Assembly (NCBI RefSeq): GCF_036321535.1
Contig: NC_087436.1
Coordinates: forward strand, 21,826,001 to 21,890,000
From: Camelus dromedarius
Lineage: Eukaryota
Reading direction: 5' to 3'
DNA: 64,000 nucleotides
Below the pieces are notes generated by a model. The model did not search any database and was not told the origin of the DNA. It saw nothing but the letters and a program-made list of their open reading frames with translations. A program made the position numbers and the translations under genes. Positions 38,191-52,030 of this stretch are shown here, in pieces. Each line of letters begins with the position of its first letter. Position 1 is the first letter of the stretch.

Positions 38191-40687
38191 ATCCAGTCAT
38201 CTGTCGATGGACACTGAGATTGTTTTCACGTCTTGGGTATTGTGTATAGTGCTGCTATGAACATTAGGGTGCATGTTTTGTATAGAGACATCGGAAAAAA
38301 AACAACTTCAGAGTTTGCTAGTTTTTATTTTGGATCAGATTGGCAGACCAGAATCTGATGTACATTCTCTAGAGATCAAGAGATTTCAATACCAGACCAA
38401 TGCTGGTGCCAGGCTTTATGTCAGCTAGGACTGAAACACTTTGAAAATGTGAAGCTACATCATAGACATATAAACACACACATGACAATTTATAAAAGCT
38501 TTGTATTAGTTTAACCAAATAGAGAGTGTTCAGAGTGCACAGTAATAAAAAAGCTACCACTGTAGCCTTTAGTATAGTTTATTTATTTACTTACATAGAC
38601 TCAATTTTATGGCTAGTTTTATTTTTAAATAAAGTGCTTATCTGCTTTTTATGTATTTCCAAAATATCCAACAAGGAAAGGGAATGATGAAATGAACTGT
38701 TGGAAATCTACAAGGTGGAATTTGTACAGTATTAAAGGTTGTGTTTTTCCCTTTTGTTTTTTTTATTTTTTATTCTTATTGAAGGGCATGGGGATATACT
38801 CATGCCAAAATGTCAAGTAAAAAAATCAGGATATAATACTATATTTTTATTATAATACCATATGTGTAAGAAGGAAAAGAATATTACAAAATATAACATT
38901 TGTTAGTAATCTTGTTACTATGTTATATAGATTTTATTTTTTTATTTTTTGTTTATATTTTTAGATTTCCCAATTCTTTTACACTGATAGTACAGTCTCT
39001 TATAATAAGAAGAAAAGATTAGAATTTAAAAACATTTTTAGTCATCTTTTTCTTTGTGTTTTAAAGCATTTGCCTCTGATTTTCACTTAAAAGACTTATA
39101 CTTGTACCACAGATAGTTGAAACTGTCTATTTCAGGGCTTCTCATTTTATAATTTGATCTGAGTTCAGAGTAAACTGATTTCAACATTCTTTCTCTAATG
39201 AAACAGAAATATTGCCAGCAGCTTCCTCATGGAATTTTAGCACTTTCAAGGCTAGAATGTTGCATGTGAAAAAGATTGAAAAATTCCTTTAGGCAAACAG
39301 TCTTAAGATCCAAAATATTTGAAAATATGTATTTGAACAGCTGTGTCTTAATCTGATGTTTTTAAATTGTATAGCTCTTCTTGATGCAGGAAGTTTGTCT
39401 CAGTCTTTTTTTTTTTTTTTTTTTTTTTAATAGAGTAATGGTTATTTCCAGAACAAATTTACTATGGAGTTAGGGCACTTGTTTTTCAACCTACAGACTC
39501 TGTGAAAGGGAGTCAGCACCTCGCTTGGTGGTACTTTAATTGCTCTTGCCTGTTACAGCTCCTGGTGTTCCAGAAAAGGGCTCAGGAGCCTTAGAGACAG
39601 ACAGTAGATATTTTACCACAGTGAATACAATTTGTTAATGACTAATTTTTAAATGACACTTATCATAATATTCACTGAGTTTCCCCAAAGGAAAGATGCT
39701 TGCAGATAAAAGGATTTGTGTATCAACAAGTCTGCTTTTGAAACCTGCTGGCAGTTACCTTCCAGAATTTAATTCTATCTTAGGGGGAATGATTTTGTTT
39801 AGGATAAAGGGGGCTTCTGAGTGGCTTGAGGAATCATTCAAGTGAAAAACTACCTAGGTTCTCTGTCATCTAAATGTGTACGTTCATCTCAATTATTCTT
39901 TCTTCTGACATTGTCTGAAAAGCCTATGAAAGTGCCTGTGAAATGTTTAAGAACCAACTGTAGCCTCCTCAAAGCCCTGACCCCACTACATGTCTGCATC
40001 ATTGACTGACAGAGTTTTCCCCGTGCAGAATCATAGAATCTGCAGGGCATATGGGAAGGTCTTTTCAAGAAATCAGATCTCTCTTAATTTGGACATTCAG
40101 GAAGATACAAATCATTAGGAGATTCCACAAGTTCTGGTATAAATAGTCCTTGAATTGGAGTGAGTCCCGATCTATTTGGGAAAACCAGGGCAATGAATTT
40201 ACTCTCTCTGGTGTCTGGTACATGGTGATATTATGAGGGCTGATGACATGATGTATTTCCTCTAACTCAACACTTGGTTTCCAATAATGGAAACTTTTAA
40301 TGAATGAACAGTGGCTTTGGAGCCCAGCAGGAAAAGGTGTTGCTTGTTTGAAGGTAACTGAGGTGACATTAATTTTGGAGGCCGGAACAAAAAGCAGAAA
40401 ATAATGCCCTTTAATCTGTGCGGTGTGAAGCCTGCAGGGATATGAGATACGGTACAAACTCAGTCCCTACTTTATTGGTTTCCGCTTTACATCGAAGAGC
40501 TGCAGGGGCAAGCTTGCTGCTTTAGCTGGTGGCAGAGAGGCCATGTGCTGAAGATCGTGGTGATTTTAAAACCTGCACAGTCTTTGAAACTTGGTGGCTT
40601 GGATAAATCCCAACTGGCTTTATTGTAGTTATTAAACTACGAGTGTCTGAAGAACTATGGAGGAAGAGAGAATTTATTTTCAGCACT

Positions 40688-41150
40688 TGTTGCGGTTTTC
40701 ATTTGTTGTGTAAGAGACCAACCCCAGATTTACTGGCTTAAAACAAAATGTGATTTGTTGTTTCTCACAGTTCTGTGGATTGCCTGGATGGTGTTTCTGC
40801 CCGTCTTTCCTGGGCCCGGTCATTCAGGGTGTAGGTCAAGGGAGGGGGGATGGTTAGCCTCTGCTGGGGGGATAGACCCCACTGTTGACACCTTCGTCCT
40901 GGGCTTCTTCACGTGAAGGTGGTCTCGGGGCATGATTCCTAAAGGGCAAAGGAGAAAGTGGCCAAGGCTTTGGTGGTCTGGGCCCTAGACAACACTTAAC
41001 ATCATTTCCTCCACGTGTTATTATTGGTCAAGGCAAATCACAAGATCAGTTCAAATTCAGGGTGAAGGAAAATAAATCCTGTCTCTTAGTGGAATACGTG
41101 GCAGAATCACATGGCCAATGATCATGGAAGCCATTCTTGTGGCCATTTTT
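40688..41150. mobile_element. MaLR LTR (MLT1-type)
   Basis: TTACTGGCTTAAACAAAA...TTTCTCACAGTTCTGTGG...ATTGGTCAAGGCAAATCACAAG. Confidence 0.7.
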
Positions 41151-41332
41151 GGAAAGATTTTTAAAAAGAGCCTATCTCAGCATTTCATAAGAAGGTGGAT
41201 TTACCACAAGGAAAGTGATGCTCTGTGACCCGTTGAGGGGATACTGCTCATGTTAAGAGTGAAAGCAAAGAGCACCCTCTGATGTGTGTCTAATCAACCT
41301 GTATATCAGCAGGCAAATTGTTTACCATGGAC

Positions 41333-41463
41333 AGGATGACTAAATGTCCTGGTTTGTTCAAGACAGTTTTGTTTATATCTGCTAACCAGAGTAAAAATAA
41401 AAAAGAGCTTCCCCTTTGCCTCTCAAAATGTCCAGCTTTGATTAATAAATTTTACATTAGCTT
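41333..41463. mobile_element. MER94-like hAT-Blackjack MITE
   Basis: GGATGACTAAATGTCCTGGTTTG...CCCCTTTGCCTCTCAAAATGTCCAG. Confidence 0.6.
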
Positions 41464-42069
41464 AAGTATAGTTTGACCATATACATTTTGTACCTTGAGA
41501 TTCCATCACGCTATAGTAAAAATCACTTGAGTGGACACTTTGCAGGAAGAGTGTTATCTGGAGGAGGAAAATTAGAAAACGTTCCCATCCTGGGGACTTC
41601 TGTCCTTCATATATTAGTTTGTAGCTGTAGAAACTGTTAGCAAGGAGATGTCTCTTGAGTGAGACTGTTGAATGGAGCTGCCAGAGGCTACTTCATCTGA
41701 GAGCAAGAATCGGAAAGGAACAGGCAGAGAGAGGAGATACCACCAAGAGAATAAAGACTCAATATCTACTTCCCTGTTACTAAAAATTAGGTACTGTGTC
41801 ACCTCACATACACCAACTTCAGATGTAATTTCAACTAATTATTGCAGACATCCTTAGACAGGCATTTTATGTAAAGAAAAATACAAATAAAGCAGAATAA
41901 TGACAACAGCAGTGGAAATATGGGAAAGGCATTATAGCTAAGTCAAAGAAATCAAAACATAGCAGTCTTAAAGTATTTTATGCTATTAATACATCCCTTT
42001 TTTTAGAATTCTTGCCAGAATTCTAGTATCTAAAAATTTGATATATGTAATTAGTCAATGTGAGGTGAC

Positions 42070-42315
42070 AATGAAATGTACTGTTCTGAAGTCAGACTGG
42101 ATTCAAATTCAGCTCTGCCTGTTAAACATCATGTAACTTTAAGCAAATCACTTTTTCTTTATTTCTCAGTTTTCTCATCTGATGAAATGGGGTTGATGAT
42201 AATAATAGTATCCAAACCTTTTAGGGTTTTTGTGAGACAAATGAGTTAATAGAGATAAGGTGCTTATAACAGTAACAGGTATAAAATAAACATTTGAAAA
42301 AAATTAGCTATTATT
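42070..42315. mobile_element. MIR SINE
   Basis: GTCAGACTGGATTCAAATTCAGCTCTGCC...CTCAGTTTTCTCATCTG..ATAATAATAGTA. Confidence 0.8.
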
Positions 42316-42754
42316 TTATTGTTGTTGGCATTGGATATTGATCCGAACTTTTTAAAAATGCAAAATGGCAGTGCATAGCAGGCACTGTAAAAATGTTCTT
42401 CACTTCGTCCCAGTGAACACACTTCTAAAAATTTACCTCATGACATAATCCAACAGAAGGAAAAAGATCTATTCTCCTGGGAAACATCGAGTGCAGTGTT
42501 ACTTCCTTGTCAGAGCAAACACTGGCATTTGCTTTATATTTCAACATTGTTCACAGTGCTTGAATTTCGTGGGGTTGTTCTATGTGTCTCCTTATGTTAT
42601 GGATTAGAACTGTGATGCAGATTCTGATTGGTGAAATCTTAAATGTACTCCCATCAGTGACTAGTTAAATTTATTATTATGGTATAGCCATAAAGCAGAA
42701 GCTGTGTAGGTATGAAAAAGAATGAAGCAAAACAAACCAAAAGATCTTGGTTTC

Positions 42755-43822
42755 TAATACAGTTCTTCAATGAAAGGAACCAAGGCTCTTTGGAGAAAAG
42801 GTTGGCCTAGGGCTGATACAGTGAATACATAAAATGGCCCTGGAATGTGTTTTACTGCCAGAAAGTAAGGAAGTGCTAATAGTAACTCACAACACCCTGC
42901 TCCTCCCTCCCAACACCCTGCTCCTCCCTCCCAACACACACAATTTTGGAGATACGGCAAAGGGACACAGGAGCCAACTAAAAGGACTCTCGGTGGCCGG
43001 AGCTGGAATCACTTGAACAACACATTAAAGTAGTATTGGATTGTAACTCACAGTATGAAGTAAGTACCCATGAGTCTATATAGACAAAAAGAAGTCATTG
43101 AATAAATAAATAGATGGGGAGAACAGATAGATCTCCTATGTGGAAGACTTGCAAATAATTTATGTAGATACTTGGCTTTCAAGGAGATGAAGTACAACCC
43201 TCACTCCTAGAATGTGGTCTACACGTAGTGACTTTCTTCCAAAAACTGCGGTATGGAAAGGGGGAAAGAAGGGTAACTTTGCAGTGGAGAAACCTGACCA
43301 AAAGGAGCCTTCTCCAGGTGATCAAGGTCGACGTCAGCAGTAACCAGTCATGCTGATCATGTGTACCCTTGATGTGATGTGATGAAAATGACACATCACC
43401 TCTGTGGGCTTTCTCCCAATCCCAGTCTAATCAGGCTGAAAACACCAGACAAATCCCAGCTGAGAGACGCCTTACAAAGCAGCTGACCAGTCTTACGCCA
43501 AACAAGTCACTCAAAACTGGAAAGGTCTGAGACAGTGTCTTAGGCTAGAGGAATCTAAGGAGATGTGATACCTAAATGTAACAGAGTATACTGGATGGGA
43601 TTCTGGAGTAGAAAAGAGACACTGGGTAAAGACTGAGGAAGTCTGAATAAAGCACACACTTCAGGTACTAATAATGGATTAATATTGGTTCATTAATGCT
43701 AACAAATGTTCCACACTAATGTAAGATGTTAATCAGAGTGGAAACTGGGGATGGGGTGTGTGGGAACTCTGTTATCTTAGCAATTTGTTTGTGTATCTAA
43801 CACTTCAAAATAAATAGTTTAT
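42755..43822 (+). mobile_element. L1MC/MD-type 3'UTR
   Basis: AATGAAAGGAACCAAGGCTC...GTAACTTTGCAGTGGAGAAACCTGAC...GGGTGTGTGGGAACTCTG...AAAATAAATAGTTT. Confidence 0.8.
42890..42937. repeat. 21-bp tandem duplication (about 2.3 copies)
   Basis: (CAACACCCTGCTCCTCCCTCC)x2 plus CAACAC. Confidence 0.95.
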
Positions 43823-46800
43823 CTCTGAAAAGCTTTCTGTAAACAAAATGAGGCTCTTGTTTTGTTTTCCTTCCTCCTCTCTCCCTGTCAGAAGAGGAGA
43901 GTACGGAGAGTCTAGAACAAGGAGGGCAAATGACCGAGCACATGGCAGGTTTCTAAGGCTGAGCCGACAGCTGGGGGATGCAGAGAGGCTTTAAGTCCAC
44001 CGAGAGATTAAGGTTTTGGTTTTGATTGGAATAGGAGTGTTTAATATCTGATAATGCAACTGTCAATACTTGAAAACAACCAGCGAAGACTCGGGGGCCT
44101 TTCTGAGATAGTATTCAGGGGAAGAAAGGTTATCCAAAAAAGTGAATTTGAAAGCTATTCTATGAAACAAATACTATCATTTCTTGATTTCTCCCTACAA
44201 ATCTAGCTGCTTTGGTAAACTTGTTCAATGAGATATGTGTTGGATATAAGAATGCATCCACACACAAACAGATACCTTGGCTGACTGAGCTGAGTCTCAC
44301 GTGCTGTTTGTGTATCCCACCCACTTTGCACTTATCACCAGTATTTGTTTGCATTCGTTTACTTGCTCAGGGCTTTGTGTCTGGAAACTGGAAAGCCTTT
44401 ACAGAGGTTTTGTTTGAGGTGAGGGATGGGAGGAGACAGACGGTTGGAAGGAGTGACAAGGGATCTCTTTTCTTGTTGAGTTCCATGGACTGGGTGATAC
44501 ATTATGGAAGGAGGGGGAAGGCGCAGGAGACTGAGATTCCAGAAGGAGGCAGCCCTGGTGGGGCTGTTCACCGCCCAGGTATAAAGACCATCACAGAGTT
44601 GGGAAGACGACCCTGTTTCCTGGCTCCACAAGGAATCAGGCACTGCTTTAGCAAACTGAAGATGAGCAGTTTCACAAGCGTCAGTTGGCAGCTGACTTGG
44701 CACAATACAAAAGTGTTCTCACAACTGCCTTGTTCTGCAAGGTGGCGGTAAGTTTCCCCTCTCCCAGCAGGATTTGGGCAGCAGGAGTGGTAGGTGGGAG
44801 CAGGAGAGGACAGGGAGAATGGCTGCAGTTGCTTAAGTCCATTTTCTAGACTCTCAAACATACCTGACAGAATCTTTGAGAGGGGCTGACTTCTTGCGCA
44901 GGCGGGTAGAGTCTCAGAATCATGGTAATTTTGGGCTAAAAATAAATATGACCCCATTCGGAGCAAAAAAAAAAAATGGCAAGGTTAGCTGGAGATACAG
45001 ATTAATTTAATTCGATCCTTGGAGGTAAGAGGCACAATATTATTCTTATATCTGGTTTTCAGATAAAGAAAATGAGACTTAGCGAAGTTCAGATTGAGGT
45101 CACACAGCTCATAAGCTAGTAAAAGTGAGGCTCGATCTCAGCAGTTCATTCTCCGTGTTCTAGGTATATAACCCCATAGAAATGGTAATTAATCTCTGGT
45201 TAGGAGAAATTGTACTTTAAACATCAGTAGCAAAATGGACAGTGAACTGCTGAGCGCTTCATGCGTTCTCACATGATCATGCGGACTGTTACTCATTTTG
45301 GTTTTATAGGGAACTTATTGGGGAAGTTGATTTTTTTCCCCTGATTTTTACTCAGCTGTTACAGTTTAACAAGTGTGGAAAAACGCCAGAGAGGGAGGTT
45401 GCACTGTGCCTCCCGCAGGTGGCTCTGCCCAGGCCCATTTTATGAAGATATTTATTTTATACTCACCACACTGTCTGTCAAAAAGGCTTTTACAAAAATT
45501 CCTTCTTTTTTGTTGGATCATATTCTTTATAGATAGATGATGCTACTATTAATAACTATCACTGTCCCCTTTATGAGTTATTCTTGTTCTTTCTGGAACA
45601 TCTCTAGTGCCAGGTGACATAAATGTTAATTTGCATCTTCTCTGCCCAGTTTCTCCTACCCACATGGCAAAATGTCGTGTGAACAAACTACAGGTTTCAC
45701 AGACCTCTGGTCACCTGGGTTTCTTGCCGCCCACTTGAACAGACCTAGGTCAGCGCATGAAAGTCCTGTGCCCTCTTCTCTTATATACTTTTTGTGGTCT
45801 CATTTGACGGCTTTAATAACTGCAGGATCCAGTCCAAATTCTAGGTCCAGTCTTGGGCCTTTAAAAACTAATTTATGATTTTGTAACATCTTCTTTTGCA
45901 CCACGTGTAGCCATCCATGAGTAGATGTATTTTCTTCCCCATGTGATGATTCTGTGTTTTAGCAGTTAGGGAAGTGACTGGCGAAGGCGTTCCAAGACCG
46001 CTAGGGCCTTTACAGCAAGGGCACACTGGCAGCAGCAGGCGTAACGTGTTTGGGAAGAGAGGCAGCGCGTACGGCACGTGCTCGCCAAATTGCTGCTAAT
46101 GCGGCGGCTGCTGGCTCCCACCATGCACAGTGGCAGCTTCTCTTTTTTATTTTTTAAAGTAGGCTTTTCCTTGATGTGATTACTGTTCTTTTATTTTAAC
46201 ACAATTGCAGAAGGTGGTGAGCTTCACTCTTGCCAGCCTTACCTCTAGTAATTTTTCCGTAGCACCTGCTGTCCCGTCCTCCATTCGTGTAGATTCAGGA
46301 TCAGCTGGTACAGAAGTCACATATCACTGCGGGATTCTGGGATAATCTCATACAAGGAACAGTGTGCTTGTGCTGACGCCCAGTTTAGAAAAATTGTAGC
46401 AGTCTCTTTTCCAGACCATCACAATCTGAAGGAAGATGAATTATTGGAAATAATTATTAGGGGAAGAATGGAATACCTGTCTATTTCTTGGTAACCCAGA
46501 GTTCATGGAGAATTGTCTGCTGACCTGAAGATGATTTGAAAGACAGCATGTCCATCAGTAGCCTGTTAATCTGACAGTACCTTGGGGAGTCTGTTTGCTT
46601 GCCCTTGATTGCCAGCAGAACTTGGGAAGCTGGATCTGAGAGATAACTGCTGTGTAGAAATGAGTGAGTGTTTTTCTTTGTGCAGTCTCAGGCTTGCGGC
46701 AAAAAGTCCCTGAAACTTTGAGGAGTATAAAATGTGTCCTTTTTGTCCTTCCAGATTTCATATCCTCTCTTCAAAGAGCAAACAAAAGTGTATTTTTCTA

Positions 46801-47619
46801 AACCTGATAGGTTTTTCTCTGCTCTCTTTTCTTTGGTCCTGTTCTTCACACCCAAGATAATGATGAGACATGCCACTGTCTGCCCCTTCCAGCCCGCATT
46901 CTGCACTTATTTCAGATGTATTTCTTCCAAAAATCTCACAGTGATGAAATGAGAGGAAGGAGTCCAGAATTACTTTTTGATCCAAGGGTGAATCTTACAC
47001 ATATTGTACAAGTAAGGGAAGTCCCAAGCCTGGGCTAGATGCCCTATAATAACATCAAATTCCACGTAACAGTGGGTCAATTCAGACCTGCTGAATTATG
47101 AAGCAGCACCTTCTAATCTGCCCCAGAAATTGAAATTACATGAGGGGTAGATTAATACTTTTGACCCAATTTATTTAATGTATCTCTCTCTCTCTCTGGT
47201 TTAACTTTATCCCATAAAATGAAACAGATTCTGCCTTCTCTGAGCCTGCCAAAATGTTTCAGGCACTCTTTTTGTTGTTGTTGGGAGAGGCGAACTAAAG
47301 AGAGAAAATTGAGTATTTCATACATGTTTTTGTCTTCTTTTAATATTTGAAGATAAAAATGAACTACATAAAAAAGTTCTTTGTCACCTGAGTCAGGATA
47401 TTTTTTTCTTGACAGAATTAACACCTGGATTTTAAGCGTGTCTATCATCCCATGAAGTCTTTAAGGCTGAGTCTTCCCCAAATTAACTAGATCTCTTAAT
47501 TAGAAACCCCTAATTAAGAAAAAAAACTTTCTGTTAGAGTTATCTTCAGATGCAGGTTTAATACAAGAAGGAACATAAAGAGAGAAATTTGTTTGTTGGG
47601 CTTATTTTATGTTAAGATG

Positions 47620-47850
47620 ACTAATATTTGCTGAACACAGACTATGTGCCAGATGCCGAGTGCTTTACATTATTTAACTCACGTAGTCTTTACAATGACT
47701 TGCAAATGCAGAAACCTCCTGTTGCTTGTGAAGTTGGAAAGTTGGATCTTGGTTAACTTACCAGCTAGTAAGTGGCAGACATGGGGTTGGAAACCAAGTA
47801 TGCACACACAGGCCCTTCGCCTGCGCCTGCTTTCTTGACCACACTGCTGT
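47620..47850. mobile_element. MIR SINE
   Basis: ATTTGCTGAACAC..CTATGTGCCAG..GTGCTTTACA...AGCTAGTAAGTGGCAGA. Confidence 0.65.
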
Positions 47851-48055
47851 AACTTTTCAGTTATTGAGGTCCATAGTGGTGAGTCCCTGGGAACTTACAG
47901 TTAAGAGGAATGTACTTTCCCTCTGAGGGTTAAAATTCCACATGAGAGTGGAATGGATCACAGTCAGGATGGGTAAATCACTTTAAAGAGTCTGCAAACA
48001 AGTGAGATACGACTATAAGTTGATTAATGTTGCAACATTTCTAAGGATGGACTCA

Positions 48056-48455
48056 GTTGCTGCCTGCATTGTGCTCCCCAGAATTCATACGTTAAAGCCT
48101 TAGCCCCAGTACCTCACAATGTGGCTGTGTTTGGAGATAGGGCTTTTAAAGAGGTGATGGTTAAAAATGAGGCCCTAATCCAATCTGACAGTAGCCCTTG
48201 TAAGAAGAGAAAATTTGGACACACGAAGAGACTCCAGGAATGCATGTACCCAGAGGAAAGACCACGTGGGAAGACAGGGAGGAGGTGGCTCCTCTTGGTG
48301 CAAACCAAGGAGAAAGGCCGTCGTAGGTTCTGAGAAACCAAACCTGCCGATGCCCTGCTGTTGGACTTCCCGCCCCCAGAGCTGTGAGAAAATAAAGTTC
48401 TCTTAAGTCTCCGAGTCTATGAGATTTTGTGAGGCAGCCTTGACAAACGAATACA
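48056..48455 (+). mobile_element. MaLR LTR (MLT1A-C-like)
   Basis: CCCCAGAATTCATACGTTAAAG...TTTGGAGATAGGG...CTGTGAGAAAATAAAGTTCTC...GAATACA. Confidence 0.85.
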
Positions 48456-48689
48456 GCATCTAAGAATTAGAGGAAAGTGGGACATCCCCAGTGGCAGAGA
48501 TAAGATGGTCACAAGGCAAACCTTGTCATCAGCTGTTTAAGTATTGCTCAGGGAAGAAGAGCATGTGGATTCTGTGTGTCCTATCTTGCTGGCAAGACTT
48601 TCTGGGCTGGAAACGAGGTAGATTCATTGGTCTGTCCTGGCCTGATATTGTCGCATGTTGGATTCTTGGGTCATTCATAAAACAAACAT

Positions 48690-49312
48690 TAGCAAACAGA
48701 CATTTAAGGCAGCCCTTTCAATCCCCACTCACTGGTGTTCACACCGTTGTGAAATCTCCTTGCCTAGAGTTTGAGCATGACCTGCTGTATTTTTCTAACC
48801 AATAGAATGTGACAGAGGTGACAGGCTGTACATGATTACATGTATATAACATGCTATGTAACATTATATGTTTTGGTTCCATGAGACTTTAGCATCCCTC
48901 TTGCTGGAGCCTCCTTTGCTGGCTTTGAGAAAGTACATGGCCATGTTGAGGAGCCCCAAGTGACCAGGACCTGCAGGTGACCTCTAAGAGCTGAGGGCAG
49001 CCTCTGGCCAACCCCAAACAAGACAGTGAAGCCCTCACTCCTCAGTGGAAGCACTCAATTTCACAAGAAACTGAATTCTGCCAACACCTAAGTGAGCTTG
49101 GGAGGAAATTCTCCCCAGTAAAGCCTTGGTTGAGACCGTGGCTCTGGCCAACACCTTGGTTGCAAACTTGTGAGACTCTGAACAGAGGACTCAGCTCTGA
49201 TGTGTTAGAATTCCTGGCCCTTTGAAACTATGAGGTAATAAATGCCCTTTTTTTTTTTTTTATAGTTGCTAAGTTTGTGGTAATATTGTTACACAGCAGT
49301 AGGTAATTAATG
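48690..49312 (+). mobile_element. MaLR LTR (MLT1E-G-like)
   Basis: TTCTAACCAATAGAAT...CTGAATTCTGCCAACA...CTATGAGGTAATAAATG...GCTAAGTTTGTGGTAAT. Confidence 0.85.
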
Positions 49313-51034
49313 TGCTTGATTTCCCAGATAGACCCCTCTACAGGGAAATAATTCACTGGTCAAACCAAAGTTATGGATTCTAGTTCATATGGCAGGGACT
49401 TCTCATTACAAATGAATGAGTAAACATTCTGAATATTATTTAGCTTACATGGATGTTTGTTTACTGGAAAAAATTGGGTTAATCCTATTTTCATTATTAC
49501 CCCAGCTCACGCCTTCGCTGTAGATCTCGTTGTACGTGAATAGGTTGTCACTTGGATTTTTGCCAGTCTCACGAGCTTAGTGGTTATGAGTCTGCTCCTC
49601 AGAGGTAGATTTATCCTTCATGACATGACAACACATGGCTTCACCCAGATAACAAATGCTGCTTTGAGACCATAACTGCCTTCTGAACTCACCTCCCGTC
49701 TGAGCCACCAAGTACTGAGAGAGCCTTTTTATATTACTATGTCTCTAATATGTACATGTTCAACATCTTTAAATCTAAATGTTTGCATATCCCTGGTATT
49801 CCAACCTGCAGGGAAAAAAAACAAGTCTTTATGAGAATATTAATGTCGACTATCTTTGACTATAATTTGGACAATTAAACTAAGATGACCAAAACTATTA
49901 GGTGAACCAAGCATTCCTATAAGAAGGTAGTTAAACGAGTTGTTGTTTAAATTCAGTGTGTTGGCTAGTTCGTAGACAAATAATTCAAATGATCACTTTT
50001 GTAAGGTTATATCTTAGACCCTCGAAATCTAGCAGGACTTTCTCGTTAATGAGAAACAGGGCTAAGCAACATGCAACATGCTTTTTCCTATGACTTTGCT
50101 TTCCTTTAAGTGAGAAATTAGAGTGTGAGAAAATATAAACACTAAGTGTTGAATGCAGTTCTTATTATTGGGTTTTACTATTACTTGACCAAGTGTTACT
50201 GAATATATGCTGTTTAATTCTTAGAGCATTTGTTGGCTGTCTATGATGGATGAGGCACTGGGTCACTGGGTCATGTACTCGGGCACATCAGATAAGTGAA
50301 GTGTGGCCCCAAGTCACAATGAAGAAAAATGAAAAGGACGCAATTCTTACTATGCTTCATGTTCGTGCTCCCCTAGAGGTATTCTGAATAACTTAGCTTT
50401 TCACAGCACCACACATGTCTTTTTGGTGTCTTTTCACATTTTTTTCCCCAGACATTCTCGTGGCTAGCTTCAGTCCATTCACCAAAGCGAGGTCAAGCGG
50501 CCTTCCTCCAGGATGTCTTCCCTGGCCATGCTTTTGTCTCAGGCTGGACTAAGTACCCCATTCCACGCCCTTAGGCACCGAGGGATGGTGACTCCTCACC
50601 ACGCCACTTAGTATGCTTTGTGGCAGTTCTCCCTTTGCTTTCCTCTCCCTCTTCCTGCACTAATGTCGTTTTCTTTCTTCTTAACAGTCGTGTTCTGGTA
50701 AAAGGGTAACTAATGGCTTTACCCTCCCCCTACCCATGTGTCTGTGTATATATAGTGTATATTGTGTACACACATATATGCATAGATATATACAAATGCA
50801 TCAGTCTATTATACATCTTACAAATATAAAGGTGGCACACAGTTTATTCAATTCCATGTAGTCATTGATTCCTAAATGACATTTGCATTGATTCTTGCTT
50901 AATTCTTGTACCCCTACCAATCTATGATTATGATTTATCTATGATACCACTATTTTTTTATGCTATAAAAGACTTTGAAGCTTAATCTGCATGATTAACA
51001 TATTGTCCATCACTTTCTTTAGATAACAAACAAA

Positions 51035-51395
51035 ACAGCTAGTTAAGCCTTGATTTGTAGAGTTTGCTGAAATCTGTGGTGAAAATATGTTTATCATGGT
51101 CAGTTTCAAGCTACCAGCATGAGACCCCTGAACACAAAGTTGGGAAAAGGCACTCAGTAGCTTGCTGTTATAATGGTTTTCCTACCATACAGATAATTGG
51201 GTCTATATGAGCAGAACTAATAGTAAAATGTTGTACAGTAATTAGGAGCAATGAGTTTTGGTTATTCTACCTTTGTCTCTAATATAATTTATTAAAGTTT
51301 ACATAATATACTTTTAACAAAAATAGTGGCTATGTTAAATAGCTGGCTCACAAAATTCCTGAAAATGTAACGATCAACTCCTATAAGCTGGCCAA
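51035..51395. mobile_element. MER63-like hAT DNA transposon
   Basis: TTTCAAGCTACCAGCATG...GGCTCACAAAATTCCTGAAAAT...AAGCTGG. Confidence 0.6.
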
Positions 51396-51539
51396 ATGAG
51401 ACAAATGTTATAGTAAATGTTCAGAAATAGTGCTGGTGGTGCCCAGCAAAAGTAGAAGTCAATTGTGAATAGAGATTCAAGGGAAAAATTAAAGTTATCA
51501 CTCCCTTATAAATAAGACTTCTTCTATATTTTAGCGTTT

Positions 51540-52030
51540 GGTTCACAAAACCCTTTCATGTGTATAATCAGATTATCTCATAAATACCCATGATAGGAAA
51601 AGAGCTAGGTTTGTAAACCCCTTTTTACACATGAGCAGAGCAAAATTTGAGGATTTAAAGTGATTTGTGGCTGATTGTTTTAATCTCCCTGGGCAATGTA
51701 CAATCACATGACAGAGTTCTGGTCTTATAAGAGTTTTTCTGTCTACTACAAGAAACAGAAATGGGAAGAGAGAGCAGAAAGCAGGTCATGAAGTCATGGG
51801 TTAAGATGGAGCTGACTGTCTTGAGAAGGATTTTTAGCACGTGAAAGTCGGCAGCAGACTATCAAAGCCCCAGCTCTGTCAGTTACCAGTCATGAAAACT
51901 TGGGCAAGTTTTGTTAGTGTTCAGTGCTAGCTTTCCTTATCTGTAAAATGGGCATAATATCCGTACACATTTGTAGAGCTGAGTTTGCTTTTGTGTCAAG
52001 TAGAATAGTGCCTTGAACTTGATAAACATT
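51540..52030. mobile_element. Two MIR SINE remnants
   Basis: TTTTACACATGAG...AAAGTGATTTG and TTGGGCAAGTT...TTTCCTTATCTGTAAAATGGG. Confidence 0.6.

Larger units (their letters stand above)
37285..38276 (-). mobile_element. Young L1 3' end, interrupted by a solo LTR
   Basis: TTTTTTATTGAAGTATAGTCAG tail; antisense ORF2 C-terminus WIEKMWYIYTMGYYSAIKKNKIMPF; L1 resumes seamlessly after 38196. Confidence 0.9.

Noticed and set aside
40065..40457. 130-aa minus-strand ORF
   Set aside because: Non-ATG start and no recognisable family
42890..42937. 21-bp direct repeats as a possible array
   Set aside because: Simple tandem duplication inside an L1 3'UTR with no spacers; not CRISPR-like
44212..44751. 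Longest ORF (179 aa), with nearby GTGAGG and GTAAGT donor-like sites
   Set aside because: Starts at TTG, has no recognisable domain and is overlapped by similar-length antisense ORFs; consistent with chance
46415..46490. Possible plus-strand exon after TCTCTTTTCCAG
   Set aside because: Weak donor (GTAACC), unrecognised peptide and no partner exons
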